41,208 nt of DNA from a virus. The DNA lies in the IMG/VR virus record IMGVR_UViG_3300005535_000011. One strand, written 5' to 3'. Of this stretch, positions 9,117-16,929 are shown piece by piece. The notes beneath the pieces were generated by a model, which saw only the letters and a list, made by a program, of their open reading frames with translations, ran no database searches and was not told the origin of the DNA. Each line of letters begins with the position of its first letter. Within the stretch, counting starts at the first letter, position 1. The translations under genes and the position numbers were made by a program.

Positions 9117-10343
9117 ATGGCACCCTCAGCTCCCGCCGCGAATCCTACTACATCGAACACGAACATGCCATTTGGTGGCTTTGGGCAAGCCCAGGCCGAT
9201 TATGCCGCAGCTGGCAATATCTTAAACACGCTCCCCACTCAAGAGGCAAAGACGGCGCAGGTTAACCCGTCCGACACTTCAATTCTTCCGTCGATTAATC
9301 CTAGTTACTCCGTATTCAACGCGCCAACAGCCCAAACCATTAATGCAGGTACTTACGGCACTAATCTTACCGGCTATAATGCCGCTGTCCAGGGAGCCGA
9401 ACAGTCGTTAACAAGTTCGGAAAACAACATCTATAACCAGGCGCTAGGCCAATACCAGCAAAATGTTAATCAGTTTGGAAACCTGCCAAAGGTTTATCAG
9501 CAACTTGCCGAGCAATATGGTCTTCCGGGTTATCAGCAAAGCGTGAATACGCTTCAGAACCTCTTGCAGAACTTGAATCAGGACGTTAACGCGCAAACCA
9601 CCCTGGGCGGTGGATTAATGACGCAATCTGCTCGTGATGAAATGTACGCTAATGAGGCAAATCCACTCAATCTATCACTTTCTAGTGCCTCAAGGGCATA
9701 TGAAACGGGCCAAACGAACGTCAATAACCTCTTGGGCGCATATGAAACTGGTCTGCAAAACGCTCTGAAGCCGGAGGAGCTAAATATCTCTAACCTCCCC
9801 GAGCTATTCGGCCAGACAAACCAGGCCGCCCAGTCTGGATACGAGCAAGGTGCTACGTCGATTGAGAACACGATACAAAACCAGCAGGCGGCAGAACGCC
9901 TTAATATCGAGCGTCAACAGGCTGCTTCACAGGAAGCATATAACTCGGCCGCGATCAGAGAAATTAACGCCAACTATGGCAATGGCGGTAGTCTCTCTAG
10001 TGCGTTAAGCAGCGGACAGATTAAAGGCTTAGGACTTAAGGACGCCAAGGCAGGCGGCGCGGGCGGATACGCGTTTAATGTTGGCGGCGGTTCGGCGTCT
10101 GCCGGCACATGGGCTGCTACTAATAATGTCCCAATTAACGCGCTGCTTTCATACATGGCCCAGAATGGTGACCGCACGGCGCTTTCTGCACTGGGCGATA
10201 TTAATAACGCCGGTCAAGTGACGCAGAGCATCATTAATAAGTATCCTGCCTTATTCTGGGGCGGTGGAGGTAATTCAGGTCCGATAACACTTACCGGCTC
10301 GCTAGGTGGTTCCACTATGAGCTTACAAGGAGGCGGCCTATGA
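9117..10343 (+). CDS. Gln/Asn/Ala-rich protein, putative internal virion/ejection protein (408 aa)
   Basis: ATG 9117 has a GAGG 6 nt upstream. The track start ATG 9093 lies inside the conserved leader box, so I prefer 9117. Low-complexity Q/N-rich composition. Confidence 0.5.
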   Translation: MAPSAPAANPTTSNTNMPFGGFGQAQADYAAAGNILNTLPTQEAKTAQVNPSDTSILPSINPSYSVFNAPTAQTINAGTYGTNLTGYNAAVQGAEQSLTSSENNIYNQALGQYQQNVNQFGNLPKVYQQLAEQYGLPGYQQSVNTLQNLLQNLNQDVNAQTTLGGGLMTQSARDEMYANEANPLNLSLSSASRAYETGQTNVNNLLGAYETGLQNALKPEELNISNLPELFGQTNQAAQSGYEQGATSIENTIQNQQAAERLNIERQQAASQEAYNSAAIREINANYGNGGSLSSALSSGQIKGLGLKDAKAGGAGGYAFNVGGGSASAGTWAATNNVPINALLSYMAQNGDRTALSALGDINNAGQVTQSIINKYPALFWGGGGNSGPITLTGSLGGSTMSLQGGGL

Positions 10344-12421
10344 ATCCGGCAGATTTAGGCAGTGATTTTGCTAATTTTATTGGCAAGAATGGCAATTCAG
10401 GAGCTATTTACTACAATCCCTCTCAGGTTGCACCAGATGTACCAGGCCCTACCCCGCAGCAAACCAATGTGCCTGCCACCCACGGGCAGAGCGGAGTGCT
10501 GGGTTTCCTGGAGCGTAATGCACAGAATATTGGCGGTGTTTTGGGAGGAATAGCGGGCGAGCTAGTTAATCCGTTCGGCGGCGGCGTCGTCGGCGCTGGT
10601 GCTGGTAGCGCGCTGGGACAAGAGGTAAAAAATCTGACGACCGGAACGAAGACGAACCCCCTTGAGGAAGGCGCCATCGGTGCAGGAAGCGAGCTGGCTG
10701 GCCTCGGGTTAGGTAAGGCTGCGCAACTTGTAGGAAAAGGGGTAAAAAATGCCGCTCCCGATCTATTCAGGTCAGCATTTAATCTACCAAATAAACTGGC
10801 AGCACGTCTCAAGCCTCAAGAAACTGCTCAGAAAATGCTTGACTATGGAATAGGTGGCAAGTCCCTGAACGGTATGATCAAGACCTCTGAAGACGCTATG
10901 GATCAACTAGATAACCTTTACCGTCAATCTGTAAATGGGACAGACCCCATTAGCACCATACCTGTTATTCAGGCCGCAAAAAAGACTATGAACTCGCCTT
11001 ATACGCTAGAAATGACAGATGCTGACAAGCAAAAAGTGTCCGATGTACTTGATAGGCTTACCAAGAATCCGAATGGCAAGCTTGAGGTTGATTCCCAGGC
11101 GGCGGTTGACAATATGCGCGCCCTTCAAGAGGTAGGACACGGATTGCTAGCTAAGGGCGAAAATAAGTTAAACCCAAACCAGCGAGCATCTGAATTCGGA
11201 CAGACATACCTTGATGCTGCTGACGAATTCCAAAAGGCACTTGACCGATTAACGCCCAAGGCGAATATCGAGGCGCTTAAAACGCCCGAAAATATCGCAT
11301 CGCTGTCCTCAATATCCCCTAAGCTGGCAGAAGAGTTTAAAGGCGTTAAAGGCCCCCAGGAAATACGTACCCTCATGGCCCCCTTCCATAATTTGAGAAC
11401 CATGTCACAAATCACCTCGGCCACGCCACAAAAAACGGGCCTTCTGGCTAGCGCTTTAGGTGCTGCGGGCGGGTTTGGTGTGGGTGGCCCTATGGGCGCG
11501 GTAGCGGGTATGCTCGGCTCTCCTATTATCCAGGGCGCAGAGAATGCCGTCCGTGCCCCGCTTACTACGGGAGCGGCGAAGGTAGTGAATACCCTCAGTG
11601 GTGCGGGAAAAACGGCGAATAAACTGGTAGGTGATCTGAGTGCCGGTGATCTTGCTCGTATAGGCGTCTCACAAGGGGCCGGTCAAAGCGCTTCAGGCGT
11701 ATTTGGTAACAGTCCTCCCACATTACCTGGCGACGGCTCTAACGCCGGGGTTGCCGATCTGGTAGGAAGCTCTATTCAAAATACACTAGGCCCTCTTAAC
11801 GCGGCTAAAAACGGTTCCACGACTACAGGGCTAGGAGCTATTACCACGCCTGAAGAATTACAGAATGTTATTAACACGGTAGGCTACAAGGGACTGGAGG
11901 AGTATCTGGCAGTACAGCGTCAAGAGAGCCCGCAACTGACTGAGGCCCAACAAAAGGACTGGCTTGATAATCAGAACGCAATTAACGCAGTCTCCGATTT
12001 TGCAAGAATGTTTGACCAAGTTAAGGCATCTGGGGCGGTAGCTGGTGGCATTGAGGAATTAGGTACAAAAATACCAGGTATCCAAAATACCAAGAGCGAA
12101 TCTGCGCTCAAAGCATACGAAGATAACAAAGGTGACCTAGCTTCAAGTCTGGCACAAGTGCTTGGCGGGGGAAAAGGAAGCAAGGCACTCCTCACAGAGC
12201 TTAAGAGCGAACTACCCGATGTCAACGACAGTCCTCAAGCAGCCGCTATGAAACTTCACGTACTAGTACAGCGTCTTGGCGCAAATATGCATACTATCCT
12301 ATCCGCTCCAGCTACCAATACTCCGGGTCAGTTGGCCAATTTTAACGGTATGAATGTGCCAGGAACCGTGGGAATGCAACTGCCTGCCACACCTACGCAG
12401 GTTAACTTCGGAGGTGTCTAG
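10340..12421 (+). CDS. Gly/Ala-rich large virion protein, putative internal/ejection (or tape-measure-like) protein (693 aa)
   Basis: AAGGAGG RBS and ATGA overlap. Glycine-zipper-like stretches (GGVLGGIAGELVNPFGGGVVGAGAGSALG and ALGAAGGFGVGGPMGAVAGMLG). Confidence 0.5.
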   Translation: MNPADLGSDFANFIGKNGNSGAIYYNPSQVAPDVPGPTPQQTNVPATHGQSGVLGFLERNAQNIGGVLGGIAGELVNPFGGGVVGAGAGSALGQEVKNLTTGTKTNPLEEGAIGAGSELAGLGLGKAAQLVGKGVKNAAPDLFRSAFNLPNKLAARLKPQETAQKMLDYGIGGKSLNGMIKTSEDAMDQLDNLYRQSVNGTDPISTIPVIQAAKKTMNSPYTLEMTDADKQKVSDVLDRLTKNPNGKLEVDSQAAVDNMRALQEVGHGLLAKGENKLNPNQRASEFGQTYLDAADEFQKALDRLTPKANIEALKTPENIASLSSISPKLAEEFKGVKGPQEIRTLMAPFHNLRTMSQITSATPQKTGLLASALGAAGGFGVGGPMGAVAGMLGSPIIQGAENAVRAPLTTGAAKVVNTLSGAGKTANKLVGDLSAGDLARIGVSQGAGQSASGVFGNSPPTLPGDGSNAGVADLVGSSIQNTLGPLNAAKNGSTTTGLGAITTPEELQNVINTVGYKGLEEYLAVQRQESPQLTEAQQKDWLDNQNAINAVSDFARMFDQVKASGAVAGGIEELGTKIPGIQNTKSESALKAYEDNKGDLASSLAQVLGGGKGSKALLTELKSELPDVNDSPQAAAMKLHVLVQRLGANMHTILSAPATNTPGQLANFNGMNVPGTVGMQLPATPTQVNFGGV

Positions 12422-12525
12422 TGATTTTCTCGATCTTTTATGTAATTCCAGATGATAGCACCCAGAATAAGGCCGACAACGAATAGCATGCATAAATAAT
12501 AACATATAAGTATAAAGGAGTCAAT

Positions 12526-12855
12526 ATGCCCCCATCCATTTCTAACCAAGCCCTACAGCAGCAGATCATCGCAAACGCCATGCGTAATCGGGCGTCCTAT
12601 CCAGCTAATCCTACTACTATGGGCGTTCAACCGATGAATCCCATGATGACCAACGGTGGACGACCTACCCCTATGCCAACTGCACCATCAATGCCTAATC
12701 CTTCGGCTGCCGCTGCTGCTATGCCCGGCGCGGGCGCACCTACGCCGACCCAGCAGGTCACGAAAGCCGCCACCCAGGCTCAAAGTCCGTTATTAGATAA
12801 CGAAACGCGCGGTATCGCCAAGAGCCTTATACAGAAGCTTATGCAACATATGTAG
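12526..12855 (+). CDS. Pro/Met/Ala-rich hypothetical protein (109 aa)
   Basis: AAAGGAG RBS 6 nt upstream. Confidence 0.5.
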   Translation: MPPSISNQALQQQIIANAMRNRASYPANPTTMGVQPMNPMMTNGGRPTPMPTAPSMPNPSAAAAAMPGAGAPTPTQQVTKAATQAQSPLLDNETRGIAKSLIQKLMQHM

Positions 12856-12857
12856 CC

Positions 12858-13058
12858 ATGAACCAGAAAAACTTTACTGACCACGATTTGTTAATTCAAC
12901 TCCACGAAAAGGTGGATGTACTACTCGAGGGATTTAAAGATCATGAGCCTCGCCTACGCAAACTTGAATCACAAGGCAATATCATTCGCGGAGGCTTGGC
13001 TATCATTGTGTTTGTGGCCGGTCTCATCGAACCATTTTTGCTGTGGCGCAAGAAATAG
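12858..13058 (+). CDS. small membrane-anchored protein (66 aa)
   Basis: Starts 2 nt after the upstream stop. C-terminal hydrophobic helix GGLAIIVFVAGLIEPFLLW. Last gene of the rightward arm. Confidence 0.5.
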   Translation: MNQKNFTDHDLLIQLHEKVDVLLEGFKDHEPRLRKLESQGNIIRGGLAIIVFVAGLIEPFLLWRKK

Positions 13059-13469
13059 TCAGCAGTGGTATTTAATACGTATCTGGTCGAGTTGATCGCT
13101 CAATGTAAGGTACTGACCCTCGAGCGATTTCACCTGACCTTCTTTTATGGGGTCGGCCCCCGCTAGCTCGCTCAAATCATGAGTGCTAGGAAGAAGCGAG
13201 GCACGGCCTATAACTAGTTGGCCTATTCCGTTGAGCTGATCGTTGATTGTCTGCATCTTTTGTTGTACGGGTATTGCCTGGTCGCATTCTTTTTGGGGAG
13301 CGCCACTGGTTGGTACTAGTGTCGTGGGGGCCGAATATGCAAGAGTATGACCACCAAGTTCAAAGTATCCAACCATACTTAGCAAGAGTAGGATAAATGC
13401 TACGGAGGATGCGATAATTAACGAATATTCAGTAATTTGATGTCTGTCGATGCGGAATTTTATGCCCAT
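13059..13469 (-). CDS. membrane-anchored protein with its own promoter (136 aa), moron-like
   Basis: N-terminal TM helix (YSLIIASSVAFILLLLSMVGYF). TGaTATAAT promoter 11 nt upstream of the ATG and no SD. Its stop abuts the stop of the converging + gene with 0 nt between. Confidence 0.55.
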   Translation of the reverse strand: MGIKFRIDRHQITEYSLIIASSVAFILLLLSMVGYFELGGHTLAYSAPTTLVPTSGAPQKECDQAIPVQQKMQTINDQLNGIGQLVIGRASLLPSTHDLSELAGADPIKEGQVKSLEGQYLTLSDQLDQIRIKYHC

Positions 13470-13480
13470 AAGACGTATGA

Positions 13481-13489
13481 ATTATATCA
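13481..13489 (-). promoter_or_regulatory. Extended -10 promoter TGaTATAAT (minus strand) for gene 13059..13469
   Basis: The reverse complement of ATTATATCA sits 11 nt upstream of ATG 13469 and overlaps the stop of the upstream gene. Confidence 0.45.
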
Positions 13490-13717
13490 TACATCTTTCA
13501 AAAAATCGTGTACCGGCTTATTCTTCTCAATAAACTTCTCTTCATTGGTAAGAGGGCGTATCGGACCCGACTTAGTGTCTGGGCTTGGCTCGAACATCTC
13601 TTTTAGGTAGTTATAGGCCGATTCAAACTCACCATCCAGCACAAATTCGGGTGTTTGGATGTGTCCATATTTGGTTCGCACCTCTGGAATAAGAGGTCGT
13701 CCATCTATACTATTCAT
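13487..13717 (-). CDS. hypothetical protein (76 aa)
   Basis: Overlaps the upstream gene by 8 nt. Last gene of the chaperonin cassette. Confidence 0.55.
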   Translation of the reverse strand: MNSIDGRPLIPEVRTKYGHIQTPEFVLDGEFESAYNYLKEMFEPSPDTKSGPIRPLTNEEKFIEKNKPVHDFLKDV

Positions 13718-13931
13718 TGTATAGCTTGTCCTTAACCGCTGAATGTGTGAAAAGATAGTGTTTGTGACAGGTGGGACACTCCAAATAAGTATCCTCGGCC
13801 TTACTAAGCTCCAGGTTGATATTATGACAAGGAAGTTGAACCGTATAATGCTTCTGTTTTTCGCGCTGGTTATAGAACTCGTGAAAACGCTGCTTTATTA
13901 GGTCGGCATCGGTCAGCATTGAGTACGTCAT
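13710..13931 (-). CDS. hypothetical Cys/His-containing small protein (73 aa)
   Basis: ATGA-coupled to the groEL stop. Contains CH..(17)..CPTCH, a possible zinc ribbon. Confidence 0.55.
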   Translation of the reverse strand: MTYSMLTDADLIKQRFHEFYNQREKQKHYTVQLPCHNINLELSKAEDTYLECPTCHKHYLFTHSAVKDKLYNE

Positions 13932-15580
13932 ACCACGCTTGCTTCGTCGGTCTTCTCTTCGTCAGCAATAATCACACCAGAGGTAAGCAGGCTCATGGCC
14001 GCAGATGTGGCATTTTGAAGTGCTGAAATAGGTACTTTGACCGGGTCAATGACCCCGGAAGATATAAGCTCTTTGATAGTACCGTCTATTACGTCAACTC
14101 CGAGTGTGGAGCGCTCGCTCTCTTTGGGCCAGCTATAAGTTGCCTGCAAGAGGCGTTCAAGCATCTGCCCTGGTTCAAGGCCGCTGTTTTCCATGAGAGT
14201 TTTAAAAGGCCACTGCATTGCCTTTATCACAAGCTTATATCCGGCCACCACTTCTTCGGAGCCACTAACTTCGCCAAGGTGCTTCTCGAGTTCCCAGGAG
14301 GCCCGTAGTAGCGGTGTTTCGCCACCCGCAACAATACCCAACTCGTTAGCCGCCTTAATGGCACCTACAGCGTCAATCGCGCGCTCCTTTAGCTCTTTGG
14401 CCTCACCTTCACCGCGAGCACCCACGTTGATGATCGCAATACCTGAAGTTAGCTTGGCTATCCGTTCTTGCAAACGCTCAACTTCAAATTCAGACACGTT
14501 TTCTTTCTTAATCCGAGACTTGAGCAAATCGACACGTTTTTGGATATCGTCAGGATGGCCACCACCATTTACGATAGTCGTACTATCTTTGGAAGCGACG
14601 ACCTTTTGGGCGTGTCCAATATCCTTTTTGGTGAGGCCGCCTTCTTCGCCTACTTCTAGTGTACGTCCTGCGGCCCTAGATATGAACTGGCCGCCTACCG
14701 AGATAGCAATGTCTTCGAGACGTTCCTGTTGTTCGTCCCCAAAACTGGGTGCGCGTACAGCCAATAGATGTAGGCCTTTCATTTTATTGTGCAACAATAC
14801 CGCCAAGGCAACTTCTTTAACGTCCGGAGAAATAATAACGAGGTTGTCGTTTATGTCGAGTTCCATCATTGCCTCGAGTACCTTTTGGATGTCCGAACCG
14901 CTCGATAGGGTGTAATCGGTAACGAGTACGTTGGCGTTATCCACAGCCGCCTCATCAAATTCAGGATTGGTTAAAAAGTACCGGCTCAGGTAACCTTGGT
15001 CAACTTCCATACCGTCCTTGTATTCGGAATAGATGTAGTTTTGCTTGCTTTCCTCAACCGCGATAACAGCATCGTTACCGAGCTTGTCGAAGGCCTTGGC
15101 AACTTCGCCGCCAACCTTATCGTTTTGCGATGCAATGTTTGCCACTTCTAACTGTTGTTTGTTGGTCTTAATCGGTGTGGCGGCGCCTCTAAGGTACTCA
15201 ACAACCTGCTCCACGGCTTTCTCTACGCCACGGCGTAACATTTGAGCGTTATGTCCGGCCGCGACAAGCTTGCGACCCTCGGTAAATAGTGAGTTAGTAA
15301 GAATAGTGGCGGTGGTCGTGCCGTCGCCCGCCTCATCATTTGTCTGTTTAGCGGCCTCTTTGACGATTTCTTGCGCAGCTGCCACAAATGGGTCTTTGGG
15401 GTCGAGTTCCTTCGCAACGGTTACGCCATCGTGTACGACCCCGGGGGTTCCGAAAGGTCGTTTGAAGATTACGTTATGAGCGCGTGGTCCAAGGGTCGCG
15501 CCTACGGCTCGTTTCGCCTCTTCAACACCCTCTTTAATCTTTGCGTACGCATCTTCTTCAAATAATACTATCTTACTCAT
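13928..15580 (-). CDS. groEL: chaperonin GroEL (Cpn60), phage-encoded (550 aa)
   Basis: The translation is collinear with bacterial GroEL: TLGPRAHNV, the ATP-site motif EAGDGTTTATIL, IVAGGETPLLR and SALQNATSAAMSLLT. It lacks the C-terminal GGM tail (ends ..DEEKTDEASVV). Confidence 0.92.
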   Translation of the reverse strand: MSKIVLFEEDAYAKIKEGVEEAKRAVGATLGPRAHNVIFKRPFGTPGVVHDGVTVAKELDPKDPFVAAAQEIVKEAAKQTNDEAGDGTTTATILTNSLFTEGRKLVAAGHNAQMLRRGVEKAVEQVVEYLRGAATPIKTNKQQLEVANIASQNDKVGGEVAKAFDKLGNDAVIAVEESKQNYIYSEYKDGMEVDQGYLSRYFLTNPEFDEAAVDNANVLVTDYTLSSGSDIQKVLEAMMELDINDNLVIISPDVKEVALAVLLHNKMKGLHLLAVRAPSFGDEQQERLEDIAISVGGQFISRAAGRTLEVGEEGGLTKKDIGHAQKVVASKDSTTIVNGGGHPDDIQKRVDLLKSRIKKENVSEFEVERLQERIAKLTSGIAIINVGARGEGEAKELKERAIDAVGAIKAANELGIVAGGETPLLRASWELEKHLGEVSGSEEVVAGYKLVIKAMQWPFKTLMENSGLEPGQMLERLLQATYSWPKESERSTLGVDVIDGTIKELISSGVIDPVKVPISALQNATSAAMSLLTSGVIIADEEKTDEASVV

Positions 15581-15806
15581 CCGTGCCTCCCTTTTCTGGT
15601 AGTTCTACGATCTCCATTTTATCGCCATCTTTTAGCCCAACTCCTACGGTATCGACCCCTAAATCCATTAGTGCCTGTAGCAAATGCTTACCTGCACCGA
15701 GGGTCACTTTTCCCTTGTTAAAGACAATCAGGTATTTTTTTTGTGGGTCGAGCGCGATAGCATCCACGTTAACAATCTTCACAGAGGTTTGTTTAGATCG
15801 AGGCAT
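15573..15806 (-). CDS. hypothetical protein inserted between groES and groEL (77 aa)
   Basis: 8-nt overlap with the groEL start and 14-nt overlap with the upstream ORF, so it is translationally coupled. Confidence 0.55.
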   Translation of the reverse strand: MPRSKQTSVKIVNVDAIALDPQKKYLIVFNKGKVTLGAGKHLLQALMDLGVDTVGVGLKDGDKMEIVELPEKGGTDE

Positions 15807-16137
15807 ATATCTTCTCTTTCATATTCTCAAGCAGTCTATACACTTCGGAAACCTGCGTGACGCTTCCAATATGCATACCCTTGATGATGCTGTTTATGGT
15901 CGTGATAGCGGCTGCCGTTTTGTCGGTCTCTGCCTCGACTTCAAGCGGTATGCCCCTAAAGTTCGTGAGTACCTGGCCGCCTTCAAAGAAAAACTTCTCG
16001 GCCTGGTCTTTGCTTACCAGCAGAGCGTCTGGAAACCGATTGGGTTCGTTGGCCGTTCTGTAGGCTTCAACAAGGGCACCGATCACCTTCGGGTTTACGT
16101 CCTCATCGGACAGGGCAAGAAGAGATATCTTACTCAT
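15793..16137 (-). CDS. hypothetical protein inserted between groES and groEL (114 aa)
   Basis: 8-nt overlap with the groES stop. Uninterrupted ORF. Confidence 0.55.
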   Translation of the reverse strand: MSKISLLALSDEDVNPKVIGALVEAYRTANEPNRFPDALLVSKDQAEKFFFEGGQVLTNFRGIPLEVEAETDKTAAAITTINSIIKGMHIGSVTQVSEVYRLLENMKEKIYASI

Positions 16138-16426
16138 CGGCTTCTTCTACCTTAAAGAGCAGGTTTTCAAAATGAACAGCGATGTACTTTTTGACGCCCA
16201 GGGTCATGACAAAGTGGTTGTACTTCTTATAGGCGATCACGTCGTTAACCTTTGGGACGTGTTTTGCATCGTATGGCATCTTTGAGAGCGGGTCGCCAAC
16301 GGCGACGACTTTACCCACCTCGGGCGCATCTTCGGTGTCACCTTTTGGCATCTCGAAATTGCCAATCTTTTTATTAAGCGTGTGTGGCTTTAATATTACA
16401 TACCCCGGAAGAGGATTAAGGCGCAT
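16130..16426 (-). CDS. groES: co-chaperonin GroES (Cpn10)-like (98 aa)
   Basis: GroES pattern: MRLNPLPGYVILKP (M-x-[IL]-x-PL-x-x-x-V-[IL]-x-K), GKVVAVG, VNDVIAYKKY. First gene of the chaperonin operon, preceded by TGtTATAAT. Confidence 0.75.
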   Translation of the reverse strand: MRLNPLPGYVILKPHTLNKKIGNFEMPKGDTEDAPEVGKVVAVGDPLSKMPYDAKHVPKVNDVIAYKKYNHFVMTLGVKKYIAVHFENLLFKVEEADE

Positions 16427-16451
16427 ATTACAATTCCCTTACTATAAATAT

Positions 16452-16460
16452 ATTATAACA
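16452..16460 (-). promoter_or_regulatory. Extended -10 promoter TGtTATAAT (minus strand) for groES operon
   Basis: About 25 nt upstream of ATG 16426 and just downstream of terminator 16493..16515. Confidence 0.5.
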
Positions 16461-16492
16461 AAACAAAAGCGTTTTGGCAATTTACAGCTACG

Positions 16493-16515
16493 AAAAAAGC
16501 CCCACGTATGGAGCT
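16493..16515 (-). terminator. Rho-independent terminator (minus strand)
   Basis: Minus-sense AGCUCCA-uacg-UGGGGCU followed by UUUUUU. The single non-Watson-Crick pair is G.U only on the minus strand (C/A on plus). Confidence 0.6.
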
Positions 16516-16539
16516 TCTCTCGGTTGACGGCCTGGTGTC

Positions 16540-16548
16540 ATTATATCA
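16540..16548 (-). promoter_or_regulatory. Extended -10 promoter TGaTATAAT (minus strand), only about 25 nt upstream of a terminator hairpin (about 40 nt to its U-tract)
   Basis: Read on the reverse complement: CACTTGTGATATAATGACACC. Confidence 0.4.
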
Positions 16549-16562
16549 CAAGTGCCGTGCAG

Positions 16563-16615
16563 ACGCCGGAGTAAAGCAGCCGATCATTCATAATTAACAG
16601 ACCTTACTCCGGCGT
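16563..16615. repeat. Hairpin with perfect 12-bp stem (ACGCCGGAGTAA / TTACTCCGGCGT), 29-nt loop
   Basis: Read directly. It lies between two of the tandem leftward promoters. Confidence 0.8.
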
Positions 16616-16633
16616 TTACACACCACTAAGTCG

Positions 16634-16642
16634 ATTATATCA
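16634..16642 (-). promoter_or_regulatory. Extended -10 promoter TGaTATAAT (minus strand)
   Basis: Reverse complement GCGATTATTTGATATAATCGAC. It shares GATTATTTGrTATAAT with the promoter at 16800. Confidence 0.4.
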
Positions 16643-16799
16643 AATAATCGCTGCTGGCAAAATACCCCGTAAACTAGAAAATGCCTGCATTACCTCTGGA
16701 AGAAGCAATTACAAGCATTTTTCTAAAACGCTGAACACGTTTATAGCTGTTTATACTCGGATAAGCAGCTATTTTTAATACCCGAAAGTATATGTGTGT

Positions 16800-16808
16800 A
16801 TTATACCA
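16800..16808 (-). promoter_or_regulatory. Extended -10 promoter TGgTATAAT (minus strand)
   Basis: Reverse complement GGGGATTATTTGGTATAATACAC. The -35 region overlaps a GTTTTAGAAA repeat. Confidence 0.4.
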
Positions 16809-16883
16809 AATAATCCCCACTTTCTAAAACAAGCTATCTTGAAGCGTAATTGCTGCAAGTTTTAGAGTTGTGAGGGGATTATT
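16809..16883. repeat. Composite 75-bp dyad: outer AATAATCCCC/GGGGATTATT, inner TCTAAAAC/GTTTTAGA
   Basis: Outer arms are 16809..16818 / 16874..16883 and inner arms 16823..16830 / 16859..16866. A third TCTAAAAC lies at 16722..16729. The dyad overlaps the -35 region of the promoter at 16800. Confidence 0.7.
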
Positions 16884-16929
16884 CTGTCGTTCCGTCGCAA
16901 GTGTATTTTATGCGCCTGCGCCGTATTCG

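Noticed and set aside
9578-12505. Minus-strand ORFs 9578..9871, 9974..10177, 10423..10812, 11125..11424, 11971..12225 and 12299..12505
   Set aside because: They are antisense to long, well-supported virion genes with biased (Gly/Ala/Gln) composition that suppresses stops on the opposite strand.
14193-16155. Long plus-strand ORFs (14193..14915, 15541..16155 and several 60-70-aa ones) antisense to the chaperonin operon
   Set aside because: They are antisense shadows of confidently identified groEL and its neighbours. Composition is Ser/Pro/Leu-rich and no RBS is present.
16855-16870. GTTTTAGAG, resembling the start of type II CRISPR repeats / tracr anti-repeat
   Set aside because: There is no array of regularly spaced repeats and no cas gene. 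The octamer is part of a local dyad (TCTAAAAC/GTTTTAGA) that is better explained as an operator or hairpin.
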